A stretch of DNA of 64,000 nt from an uncultured bacterium (GTDB lineage: Bacteria; Patescibacteriota; Saccharimonadia; Saccharimonadales; Saccharimonadaceae). The stretch is taken from the NCBI GenBank assembly GCA_947084875.1, contig CAMTUF010000003.1, forward strand, positions 58,644 to 122,643, in the 5' to 3' direction. Positions 19,205 through 27,695 of the stretch are shown here, piece after piece. A model generated the notes under the pieces. The model was given only the letters and a program-made list of their open reading frames with translations. It was not told where the DNA came from and did not search any database. The translations under genes and the position numbers were made by a program. The first letter of the stretch is position 1. Each line of letters begins with the position of its first letter.

Positions 19205-19600
19205 ACCAAAGTAACAAATGTTTTTCTTCTTTTGTGACCAAAAGAAGAAAAGTCCTGGGGCGGCTTCACTGCGCCGAGTTAGTAAACACAAAACGTTCGG
19301 TCGCTGCGGAACAGCCTTCGGCTGGTCCATTTTTATTTGAATTAATTAATCCAAAATGGACAGGTCCTCGCGAACTATTCCAAACTTTTTGTGTTTACTA
19401 ACTCGGGCACCTCCAGATGCCCCAGACCCCAAGGCCACGAACGGGCTAGCAGTAGTGACTCTACCCACGACCTAGTACATGAAAAAACCGAGAGAATAAT
19501 AAACAACTACCCTGGTTATTCGAGGACTGTTTGAGCCCTGGCAAGGTGCCAGGCGCGAGTTCCGCAGAATACCAAGATAGTTGTTTTGAGTGAGCGTCGT
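19205..19600 (+). ncRNA. structured RNA, best guess RNase P RNA (rnpB); boundaries approximate
   Basis: Lies in a 660-bp gap with no credible ORF. An 11-bp P3-like hairpin (19224-19249) is followed directly by GAAAAGTCCTGGGGC, which resembles CR-I GAGGAAAGUCCGGGC. A GCAGAAUACCAAGAUA stretch near the 3' end resembles ACAGAANCCGGCUUA. There is a 20-bp perfect long-range helix (19274-19293/19387-19406) and nested hairpins. P4 pairing is imperfect and CR-II/III were not recognised. Confidence 0.4.
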
Positions 19601-19729
19601 GTTTTTGAGTATGCTGGGGAGTGGGTGGAGTAACTAGTGCATACATCCTAACCCTTTACTTTTAGACCATTTTCCCCTATAATTTCCGTTTGACTATAAT
19701 CAATTATTTTAAAGAGGAAAAAGTACAAC

Positions 19730-20098
19730 ATGCCAATCATCAAATCCGCTATCAAGCGAGCAAAACAAACCATCAAACGCAATGCGCGTAACGTTGGTAT
19801 TAAACGCGATATCAAAGAAGCAACAAAAGCTTTCCTTGCAAAGCCTACTGCTGCTGCCCTTTCGCTAGCTCACAGTGAAATCGACACTGCGGTAAAGAAG
19901 AAATTACTGAAGAAAAATACTGCAGCACGCCGCAAAGCTAACTTGGCTAAAATCGCTAAAGATGCAGGCGTGAAGCTTTCAACAGGTAAAAAAGTTACTG
20001 CAACGAAAGCTGCACCAGCAAAGACAGCTGCCGCTAAACCTGCTTCTAAGAAACCAGCTGCAACCAAGAAAGCTCCTGCTAAAAAAGCAACAAAATAG
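19730..20098 (+). CDS. rpsT: 30S ribosomal protein S20 with Lys/Ala/Pro-rich C-terminal tail
   Basis: MPIIKSAIKRAKQTIKRNARN... is a canonical S20 N-terminus with an AGAGGA SD. The C-terminal ~40 aa consist of AKP/KKA repeats. Confidence 0.88.
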   Translation: MPIIKSAIKRAKQTIKRNARNVGIKRDIKEATKAFLAKPTAAALSLAHSEIDTAVKKKLLKKNTAARRKANLAKIAKDAGVKLSTGKKVTATKAAPAKTAAAKPASKKPAATKKAPAKKATK

Positions 20099-20110
20099 TA
20101 TCGTATATCT

Positions 20111-20140
20111 AAAAATAGCTCCTTGTCGGAGCTATTTTTT
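20111..20140. terminator. rho-independent terminator (bidirectional geometry)
   Basis: AAAAATAGCTCC-ttgtc-GGAGCTATTTTTT. Confidence 0.75.
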
Positions 20141-20150
20141 ATGGGACGAA

Positions 20151-20690
20151 CTACTGAACTGTTTTTGAGAGATTCAAGAACTCAGCGCGTGTTGATGCAT
20201 CGGTTTTGAATAGGCCGCGAAGACAAGATGTAGTGGTTTCAGCGCCTGGCTTTTCGATACCCCGCATTTCCATGCAAAGATGTCGAGCCGTCATAACAAC
20301 CCCCACTCCCTTTGGTGAAAGTTCGTTATTCAAAAACTCGGCTATCTGCGTCGTTACACGTTCTTGGTTTTGCAGACGACGGCTAAAATGGTCCACTACT
20401 CTCGCCAATTTTGATAATCCAATAATCTTATCCCCTGGGATATACGCCACTGTGGCAGTGCCAAAGAAAGGCAGCAGATGATGCTCGCAAATACTGTAAA
20501 ACGTAATGTTACGCTGGATGATCATTTCATCGTAACCCTCGTTGGTAAACACAGTTGGCTGAAACGCCTCGGGTGAGAGAAACTCTTTTAAAAATGCTTC
20601 ATATCGTCGTGGTGTGTCTTGTAGCCCTTCGCGCGCTGGGTCATCCAATTCGGCAATAATAGCCTGAATATTTTTTTGTATATCACTCAT
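20151..20690 (-). CDS. folE: GTP cyclohydrolase I (FolE type 1)
   Basis: SICEHHLLPFFG...IGLSKLARVV..F.RRLQ.QERVT motifs. ATG 20690 (MSDIQKN...) is preferred because the longer track ORF overlaps holA. Confidence 0.87.
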   Translation of the reverse strand: MSDIQKNIQAIIAELDDPAREGLQDTPRRYEAFLKEFLSPEAFQPTVFTNEGYDEMIIQRNITFYSICEHHLLPFFGTATVAYIPGDKIIGLSKLARVVDHFSRRLQNQERVTTQIAEFLNNELSPKGVGVVMTARHLCMEMRGIEKPGAETTTSCLRGLFKTDASTRAEFLNLSKTVQ

Positions 20691-20727
20691 GAATGACCTT
20701 ATTTTACCATACTTTATAGGGGTGATG

Positions 20728-21633
20728 TTACTGTGAAGCAACCTGCATCAAGGCTCGTTCAATCAGCAACCAAGGCTCGGCACGGGATAACTTCATGTCG
20801 TCATCTGCCTCTGCAAATGTCCTAATCACCTTTCGGGCTCCACTACGTCCTAGTCTTTTTGCTGCGGGTGTGAGCTTCGAAATCGCATACGGCTTTACAC
20901 CAAGATCTTTTGCAACAGCGTCAGATGAGTCAGATACAGCAATTGCCGCAAGTTGAAACGCCTGTCCTGAAAGTAGTGCAAATAGTCGATATGGTTCTTC
21001 TGTTAGCTGCAAGGTCTGGATCATACGTGCAATCTTCGAACGTTCACCACGCAGTGCCGCATCAAACAAGTTAAATACATTTTCTGTCGGCGTCGTATCA
21101 ATGACATTTTCGATAGTTGCATCGTTAATTTCAGGTACCAGGGCAAGTTTTTCAAGTGCATGAAATAACGTCCACTGATCTAAGCCAACTCTTTGAATAA
21201 TCATCTGAACACTTTTTGTACTCAGGCTTATATCCATCTTTTCTGCTTGTTCACTCACCCATTTTGTTGCCTTTGAGACATCTCGATCATTCCATAGTTC
21301 ATACTCATGCACTGTAGCGATTTTTTTGAGTTCCTTGTAGGTTGCTGTTCGCTTATCAGGTTTAGCATCCACCAAAACAAGCTCGATATCGTCCGATATT
21401 CGTGGAAGCCAATCGATAAAATCTGCCCACACTGTTTTATTTTCAGACAGGTTTTTTATGATGACCATGCGCTTATCTGCAAATAGTGTTGCCCCCATTA
21501 GTAGGTCTGGGAGTTGCTTTACCTCCACGTCGCTACCATCGATTTTTTCAGCCACACCATCAAAATCAGCAATAATTCGAGCAAGTTCTTGCTCGAGTTC
21601 GAACGTATTTTCGCCTGTCAGTAACGTTATCAT
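20728..21633 (-). CDS. holA: DNA polymerase III delta subunit
   Basis: 301 aa. The start MITLLTGENTFELEQEL... and the overall pattern are typical of HolA. The sequence is divergent. Confidence 0.6.
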   Translation of the reverse strand: MITLLTGENTFELEQELARIIADFDGVAEKIDGSDVEVKQLPDLLMGATLFADKRMVIIKNLSENKTVWADFIDWLPRISDDIELVLVDAKPDKRTATYKELKKIATVHEYELWNDRDVSKATKWVSEQAEKMDISLSTKSVQMIIQRVGLDQWTLFHALEKLALVPEINDATIENVIDTTPTENVFNLFDAALRGERSKIARMIQTLQLTEEPYRLFALLSGQAFQLAAIAVSDSSDAVAKDLGVKPYAISKLTPAAKRLGRSGARKVIRTFAEADDDMKLSRAEPWLLIERALMQVASQ

Positions 21634-21649
21634 CTGTTATCAGTATACC

Positions 21650-22516
21650 CTACAGCTTTTGACATTGCGGACAGATGTGTGTTCCGCGTCCAGCGGCTTT
21701 AAACTTAACGATTGTCGTGCCGCACCGCGGGCAGGGCAATCCCTCGCGGCGAAAGACACGAGCAAAATCCATGTAACTTCCCTTTTTGCCTTCGGCATTA
21801 ACGTATGTATGGTTACTACTGCCGCCTTTTTCGATCGCAAGGTTCATCACCATGCGAAGTTCAGTGTACAGACGTTTAAACTCGATTGGTTTTATTGTTT
21901 TCACTAAGCGTGTTGGATGAATTTTGGCACCCCATAACGATTCGTCGGCATAAATATTACCAACACCCGCAACAACCGATTGATCGAGCAGTGCTGCTTT
22001 AATGGAGGTGTTAGCGCGACGTTTAAAGCGTTCGGCAAAATGCTTGGCAGTAAAATCTACTTCAAGCGGCTCAGGCCCGACTTTTTTCATGAAATCGATG
22101 TTAGGAACTTCAAGGGTCGGAAGCAATTTCATCCATCCAAACTTACGCTGATCATTAAAATATAAAAATGTTCCATCTTCGAATTTGATAGTGACACGTG
22201 TCGACTTGTCGGGTAAATTGTTGACTAAGCTATCGCTTGGATGGCCTGCACCAAAGCGAATTTCGCCGACGTATACCAGCTGACCTGTCATTTTCAGGTG
22301 AACGACCAATGTGTAATCCGTCGAAAGATCGATAAGAAGCACTTTGGCACGGCGTCTGATCTGCGTAATGTCACTGCCTGCCATAAATGACTTAACTGCC
22401 TGTGCATCGTTAGGAAAGCTCTTGGCTGTGTCAAAAGCAACAGACGTAATGGTGCGTCCAACAATAAATAGACTGAGCCCACGACGAACGGTTTCTACCT
22501 CTGGCAGTTCAGGCAT
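21650..22516 (-). CDS. mutM: formamidopyrimidine-DNA glycosylase
   Basis: N-terminal MPELPEVE, an H2TH region, and a C-terminal zinc finger CPRCG...CPQC. Confidence 0.88.
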   Translation of the reverse strand: MPELPEVETVRRGLSLFIVGRTITSVAFDTAKSFPNDAQAVKSFMAGSDITQIRRRAKVLLIDLSTDYTLVVHLKMTGQLVYVGEIRFGAGHPSDSLVNNLPDKSTRVTIKFEDGTFLYFNDQRKFGWMKLLPTLEVPNIDFMKKVGPEPLEVDFTAKHFAERFKRRANTSIKAALLDQSVVAGVGNIYADESLWGAKIHPTRLVKTIKPIEFKRLYTELRMVMNLAIEKGGSSNHTYVNAEGKKGSYMDFARVFRREGLPCPRCGTTIVKFKAAGRGTHICPQCQKL

Positions 22517-22530
22517 ATATCTCCATTACG

Positions 22531-23127
22531 TTATAAATCTATTTTATTAATCAAGGGTTGAGCCTTGGGTATCTGGCTAACAAAGAGATTAGTCAGCGTT
22601 GTAACATTTGCGCTCAGTGAGCCCTTGATGCTTTTGCAGGTTGAGGTCCACAAGGTTTTTACGGATGCGTTATCTTTTAGAACCGCGAACTCGTATACTG
22701 TCCCGATGGCACATATCCCCCGCCTGTCATTTTTATCACCTGTCAGTTCCGTACCTTTCACAAAATTTGCTTTATCAAGTGCATACACAAACTCTTCGTA
22801 AGCGGGCGTATTGTTACCAAGCGTAATTTGATCAACCTTTGTGTCTAAATAGCCGACGTACGTAGTGAGCGTACGCGTTGTTGGCGTAATTGTGATTTGA
22901 TACGAGCGGAACTGCTCGTCAGCAACAATTGCTCCACGAACGGTCATAGTCACCGAGCGATTAACTGCTGTACTTAGGAGCGCTTCGCGGCTAACATCAA
23001 CTTGTGTGACGGTCTGTGAAGAGTTGCCCGAAAAAAAGACAGCCCGAGCAAGTGAAACGAGCCCTGCGATCGCGACTGCGCTAATAATAAGAACGAGTGC
23101 AATAGGGATAATTCGAGATGATCTCAT
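22531..23127 (-). CDS. hypothetical membrane-anchored protein
   Basis: 198 aa with one N-terminal TM helix. No family recognised. Confidence 0.5.
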   Translation of the reverse strand: MRSSRIIPIALVLIISAVAIAGLVSLARAVFFSGNSSQTVTQVDVSREALLSTAVNRSVTMTVRGAIVADEQFRSYQITITPTTRTLTTYVGYLDTKVDQITLGNNTPAYEEFVYALDKANFVKGTELTGDKNDRRGICAIGTVYEFAVLKDNASVKTLWTSTCKSIKGSLSANVTTLTNLFVSQIPKAQPLINKIDL

Positions 23128-23172
23128 ATACTCACCTTAGTATCAATGGCCCCTGTTGTCAATGAGAGCGAG

Positions 23173-25707
23173 CTAGAGTTCACCCCAGTTTTTACCGATG
23201 CTGACGTCAACGCGTAGTTTAATACCAAGATCAGGAGCTATGTTTTCCATAACGGATTTGAGGATATCAGCAATTTTCTCGGCATTTTCTTTTGGCGCTT
23301 CGACCAAAATACTGTCGTGAATCTGTAGGATCTGCTCACCAAGGCCATTCAGCTTTTGATCGACTTCAATCATAGCTAGTTTCATGAGGTCTGCTTCTGT
23401 TCCCTGAATCGGCATATTGGCGGCGGCGCGTTCTGCGCCTTGGCGAACCATAAAGTTACTGCTAAGGATATCGGGTGTAGGCCGACGACGCCCATAGTGC
23501 GTTTCAACATAACCATCAGTACGCGCTTTTTCGAGTGTTGCATCAATGTATTTTCGAATTGGTGAACGAAGTTCAAAGTAACGATCAATAAATTTCTTAG
23601 CTTCAATGAAGTTCATGCCCGTCGCAGCGCTCAAGCCATGTGGGCTCATACCGTACAAAACACCGAAGTTAATGACCTTCGCATCACGTCGTTGCGATTT
23701 GGTCACTTCGTCCATCGGTATACCATACACTTCACTGGCGGTCTTGGTGTGAATGTCGACATCACCGTTAAAGTCATTAATCATTTCAGTGTCACCCGCT
23801 AGAATCGCCGCCAGACGAAGCTCGAATTGTGAGTAGTCCGCACTAATAAATACTTTGTCACCGTCGGGTATAAACGCTTCGCGAATTTTGCGTCCCAAAT
23901 CAGTACGCACAGGTATGTTTTGAAGGTTTGGGTTAATGCTACTCAGACGCCCCGTTGCAGCGACATCTTGATTGAAGGTAGTGTGAATGCGTTGATGGGT
24001 ATCAGCAACGATTGGCAGTGTATCGACGTACGTATTTTTTAACTTTGCCAGTTCACGAGTTCGCTCGATGAGCTCAATAATAGGATGTTGTCCTCGTAGT
24101 TTATCAAGCTCTTTTTGGCCAGTACTAAAGCCTGTTTTGCCTTTTTTAATACCTGCTGTTGGTAGTTGCAGTTTCGTAAACAAGACTTCGGATAGCTGCG
24201 CAGGACTCGCGATATTAAAGTCATAGCCAACCATTGTGTACATTTGTTGTTCGAGGTCTTTGTGTTCTTCGCCAAGTTCCTTGCTCATCTTTGCAAGTAA
24301 CTTTGGATCGATTTTGATACCTCGATGCTCCATCAAAAAGAGGACGTAGATGAGCGGAAAATCAAAGCGACTAGCTATATCTGCAATCTCCTTATTTGCC
24401 TTGAAAGCTTCTACTTGCCATGCGTACACTTGGCGGGCGGCGGCAACGTACTGCACAGGACTAGCAAGTTCACCGCCAATCAGACCTGGGAGACTACGAT
24501 CGCGTCTGAGAGGATCAAGCAAAAAGGCTGCTTGACGAATATCGTGTATCATATCAAATCGCACAGATACATCGTGCACTACTAGGTCGTGATAAAGTTG
24601 CTTGATATCATACGAAACAACTGTTCCGAACTCGATCGCGCGCCAGAAACTATTATCTATCGCATCGATTTTTGTATGCGACACAGTTGTTGCGTCAAAC
24701 GACACCCACAATTCGTCATCATCGACATGAACAACAATCGGTCCATCGATCGAAACGGTTTCAGGCCATGGTAGTTCCTTAAGATTGACTTCCTGTGATT
24801 CGTGAAAGTAGAGTGAAGTATCGACAATTTCTTGCATATGTTTTGGTAAGCGTTTAATAAGTGAATGGAATTCAAGTTCTTTCAGTTTTTTAGCAACAGC
24901 GGGTAAGTCAGTATTATTAATATCGGCTGCTTTCCAATCGAGTTTTATTGGTGCATCACAAAAAATCCGAGCTAGTTGCTGACTCATATACGCGTTTGCT
25001 TTGTCGTCAATCAAGTATTGCTTCTGTGCACCTTTAAGTTCATCAATATGTGTATAAATACCATCAAGATCGCCGTAAGTCGTCAGTAACGACTCGGCTG
25101 CTTTGGGACCGATTTTGCGTACACCAGGTATGTTATCACTCTTGTCCCCTACGAGCGCCTTGTAGTCAACGAACTGATCAACGCGAACATTGTATTTTGC
25201 AAAGAACGCCTCGTCATCGTAATAGACAAGTTCACTACCTTTTTTTGTGATATACACTTTTGTTGACGGTGAAATTAACTGCATCATGTCGTAATCACCC
25301 GTTACAATGCAGGTTTCAACGTCTTTGTTAGCAGCTTCAAGCGCAAAAGTTCCCATAATGTCGTCTGCTTCATACTGATCAAGTTCGTATAGTGGCCAGC
25401 CAAAGCTTTCAAACAGTTCGTGTAAAATTGGCAATTGCGTATAAAAATCATCAGGCGGTTTGGTACGACCAGCTTTGTACTCAGCAAATATCTCACTTCG
25501 CTTTGCGGTGGATGTGCCACGAATATCCCAAGTTATTGCAATATAATCAGGTTCAAGTTTTTTGATTACTTCGATTGCAATACTGGCAAAGCCAAATACT
25601 CCACCAATGGGTGTTCCATCGGACAAGCTTAATCCTGGTCCTTGCATCGCGAAGTAACCACGATAAAATACAGACATTCCATCAATGAGTACTAGCCGCT
25701 TAGTCAT
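23173..25707 (-). CDS. polA: DNA polymerase I
   Basis: 844 aa with a 5'-3' exonuclease N-terminus (LIDGMSVFYRGYFA) and family-A polymerase motifs (DYSQFELR, ...QIHDSILVE). Confidence 0.95.
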   Translation of the reverse strand: MTKRLVLIDGMSVFYRGYFAMQGPGLSLSDGTPIGGVFGFASIAIEVIKKLEPDYIAITWDIRGTSTAKRSEIFAEYKAGRTKPPDDFYTQLPILHELFESFGWPLYELDQYEADDIMGTFALEAANKDVETCIVTGDYDMMQLISPSTKVYITKKGSELVYYDDEAFFAKYNVRVDQFVDYKALVGDKSDNIPGVRKIGPKAAESLLTTYGDLDGIYTHIDELKGAQKQYLIDDKANAYMSQQLARIFCDAPIKLDWKAADINNTDLPAVAKKLKELEFHSLIKRLPKHMQEIVDTSLYFHESQEVNLKELPWPETVSIDGPIVVHVDDDELWVSFDATTVSHTKIDAIDNSFWRAIEFGTVVSYDIKQLYHDLVVHDVSVRFDMIHDIRQAAFLLDPLRRDRSLPGLIGGELASPVQYVAAARQVYAWQVEAFKANKEIADIASRFDFPLIYVLFLMEHRGIKIDPKLLAKMSKELGEEHKDLEQQMYTMVGYDFNIASPAQLSEVLFTKLQLPTAGIKKGKTGFSTGQKELDKLRGQHPIIELIERTRELAKLKNTYVDTLPIVADTHQRIHTTFNQDVAATGRLSSINPNLQNIPVRTDLGRKIREAFIPDGDKVFISADYSQFELRLAAILAGDTEMINDFNGDVDIHTKTASEVYGIPMDEVTKSQRRDAKVINFGVLYGMSPHGLSAATGMNFIEAKKFIDRYFELRSPIRKYIDATLEKARTDGYVETHYGRRRPTPDILSSNFMVRQGAERAAANMPIQGTEADLMKLAMIEVDQKLNGLGEQILQIHDSILVEAPKENAEKIADILKSVMENIAPDLGIKLRVDVSIGKNWGEL

Positions 25708-25721
25708 GCTATAAGTATACC

Positions 25722-26024
25722 CTAGTCAGAACCTTGTTTTAGTTTCCGTAGCTTTCTTACCGCGCGGCGGTCAGGTGGTGTTAGCCCTCCCCAAACACCA
25801 AAATCAGTGTTTGTCATAAGCGCGTACTCTAAGCATTGTCTCGTGACTTCACACCCCAAACACTTTTTTCTAGCTTCACGTGCACTTCCCCCTTTTTCTG
25901 GGAAGAATTCCTCCGTATCCATATCAACACAGGCGGCTTTAGGTTGCCATACACGTACGTCAAGTTCACCATCACTATACTGTCGAGTCTGTAAATTCAC
26001 GCGTTGTTCTGACGATAAAGGCAT
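25722..26024 (-). CDS. whiB: WhiB-like (Wbl) Fe-S transcription factor
   Basis: Cysteine pattern C-x23-C-x2-C-x5-C (CVDMD...CLGCEVTRQC), followed by the G(V/I)WGG turn (FGVWGG) and a basic tail. ATG 26024 is preferred (TACAAT lies 6 nt upstream). The track start at 26060 is a TTG. Confidence 0.8.
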   Translation of the reverse strand: MPLSSEQRVNLQTRQYSDGELDVRVWQPKAACVDMDTEEFFPEKGGSAREARKKCLGCEVTRQCLEYALMTNTDFGVWGGLTPPDRRAVRKLRKLKQGSD

Positions 26025-26030
26025 TCTTGT

Positions 26031-26036
26031 ATTGTA
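26031..26036 (-). promoter_or_regulatory. putative -10 box (TACAAT) 6 nt upstream of whiB ATG
   Basis: The hexamer abuts the start codon and there is no SD. Confidence 0.4.
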
Positions 26037-26080
26037 GGGAGTCTGTGTCGATAAACGCAATCATAAGCAGCTCAATCTGT

Positions 26081-26086
26081 TACAAT
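26081..26086 (+). promoter_or_regulatory. putative -10 box (TACAAT) 7 nt upstream of ATG 26094
   Basis: The hexamer abuts the start codon and there is no SD. Confidence 0.4.
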
Positions 26087-26093
26087 AGATTTT

Positions 26094-26663
26094 ATGACAC
26101 AACAAGAAGACGTGAAAATTATCGCATTTGTCGGCCTAACTGGCTCTGGGAAAAGTGCGGCCGTTGAGTATTTAACTGAAAAAGGCTATCCAAAAGTATA
26201 CTTCGGTGGCGTTATCTACGCTGCAATGGAAAAAGCAGGCATTCCACAGGGCGAGGAGAACGAAAAAACATTTCGAGTAGAAATTCGTGAACGCGAAGGT
26301 GAAGACTTTGTTGTCCGAGAGATCATCAAACAAATCCACGACCTGATTACTGCGGGACAAAAACGAATCATTGCCGATGGTATTTATAGTTGGGATGAGT
26401 ATAAGGCCATGAAGCGAGAATTCCACCACGAACTTAATGTGGTCGCTATTATTACGCCTAAACGTCTACGCTACCACCGCTTACTGAGTCGCAACGATCG
26501 TCCGCAAACAGAAGCTATCTCAATTGAACGAGATCACAAAGAAATCGAAACGCTCGACAAGGGCGGTCCTATTGCTATGGCAGATTACTTTGTGATTAAT
26601 GATGGCGACAAAGAAAAATTGCACCAAAGATTAGATGCAATTGTTTCTGACATTGAGTTTTAG
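26094..26663 (+). CDS. P-loop nucleotide/nucleoside kinase-like protein (dephospho-CoA kinase-like fold)
   Basis: Walker A FVGLTGSGKS lies at the N-terminus. 189 aa. The specific substrate is not assignable. Confidence 0.4.
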   Translation: MTQQEDVKIIAFVGLTGSGKSAAVEYLTEKGYPKVYFGGVIYAAMEKAGIPQGEENEKTFRVEIREREGEDFVVREIIKQIHDLITAGQKRIIADGIYSWDEYKAMKREFHHELNVVAIITPKRLRYHRLLSRNDRPQTEAISIERDHKEIETLDKGGPIAMADYFVINDGDKEKLHQRLDAIVSDIEF

Positions 26664-27695
26664 TTACCCAAGATATTCATGTAACTTTTTGGCATCTTTG
26701 TGCTTTCGAAGCTTTGCAAGTGCTTTTGCTTCAATCTGACGAATACGTTCACGAGTGACAGCAAATTCTTGACCCACTTCTTCAAGTGTGTGAGATTTGC
26801 CGTTTTCTAGTCCAAAACGCATCTTTACGATTTTTTGTTCGCGATCAGAAAGTGTTGATAAAATAGACTGTACTTGTTCTTTAAGGAGTTGTGACGTCGC
26901 AGATTCCTCTGGCGTTGTACCATCTTCATCTTCGATGAAATCACCAAGTACTGAATCCTCATCTTCGCCGTCACGGCCAACACCTGCATCAAGTGACGTA
27001 ATATCTTGCTTGATCTTGATAACGTATTCTACTTTGTCTGGTTCCATTTCAAGCTCTTTAGCGAGTTCTTCAATGGTTGGCTCACGGTTGAGTTCTTGTG
27101 TCATACGTCGTTGCGTACGAAGCAGTTTATTAATCGTTTCTACCATGTGTACAGGAATACGAATGGTGCGTGCTTGGTCGGCGATTGCACGCGTAATTGC
27201 CTGACGAATCCACCAGGTTGCATAAGTGCTAAACTTGAATCCTTTGTCGGGGTCAAATTTTTCAACTGCACGCAGCAATCCTGTATTACCCTCTTGAATA
27301 AGGTCCAAGAAATCGAGTCCACGGCCGCTATAACGTTTTGCAATTGAAACCACAAGACGCATATTTGCTTCGGCCATTTTATCTTTAGCTCTTTTCTCAC
27401 CTGCAACTACACGCTTTGCAAGTGCAAGCTCTTCTTCTGAGTTAAGAAGTGGAATTTTACCAATTTCACGTAGGTACAAACGCACGCTGTCGTCACTTGC
27501 ATCGTCGAAATATTGACCTTGATTCAAGACATCTTCATCGTCTTCTTCTTCGTCTTCTAGCTCTTCGAGTGCTGGTTCTTCGATATCGCCAAGTGGTAGT
27601 GCAGCATCATCGATAATCAATCCTTCTTCGACAACCGCCTCATCATCAACAACATCATCTGATTTTGCAGGTGTCTCTTTTTTACTTCTGGCCAC
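26664..27695 (-). CDS. rpoD: RNA polymerase sigma-70 factor RpoD/SigA
   Basis: Acidic N-terminus, region 2 ([13 protein letters not shown]), regions 3 and 4 ([20 protein letters not shown]), and a dnaG-rpoD arrangement with a 14-nt overlap. Confidence 0.92.
   Translation of the reverse strand: MARSKKETPAKSDDVVDDEAVVEEGLIIDDAALPLGDIEEPALEELEDEEEDDEDVLNQGQYFDDASDDSVRLYLREIGKIPLLNSEEELALAKRVVAGEKRAKDKMAEANMRLVVSIAKRYSGRGLDFLDLIQEGNTGLLRAVEKFDPDKGFKFSTYATWWIRQAITRAIADQARTIRIPVHMVETINKLLRTQRRMTQELNREPTIEELAKELEMEPDKVEYVIKIKQDITSLDAGVGRDGEDEDSVLGDFIEDEDGTTPEESATSQLLKEQVQSILSTLSDREQKIVKMRFGLENGKSHTLEEVGQEFAVTRERIRQIEAKALAKLRKHKDAKKLHEYLG

Noticed and set aside
19069-19729. tmRNA (ssrA) or SRP RNA as the identity of the structured RNA; also the 61-aa ORF 19461..19646
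   Set aside because: On neither strand is there a tRNA-like T-arm (GGTTCGA-type), a CCA-proximal acceptor end or an ANDxxxLAA-type tag frame. The SRP domain IV motif (GGAA tetraloop followed by GGAAGCAGC) is absent. The ORF has no SD and lies within conspicuous RNA helices.
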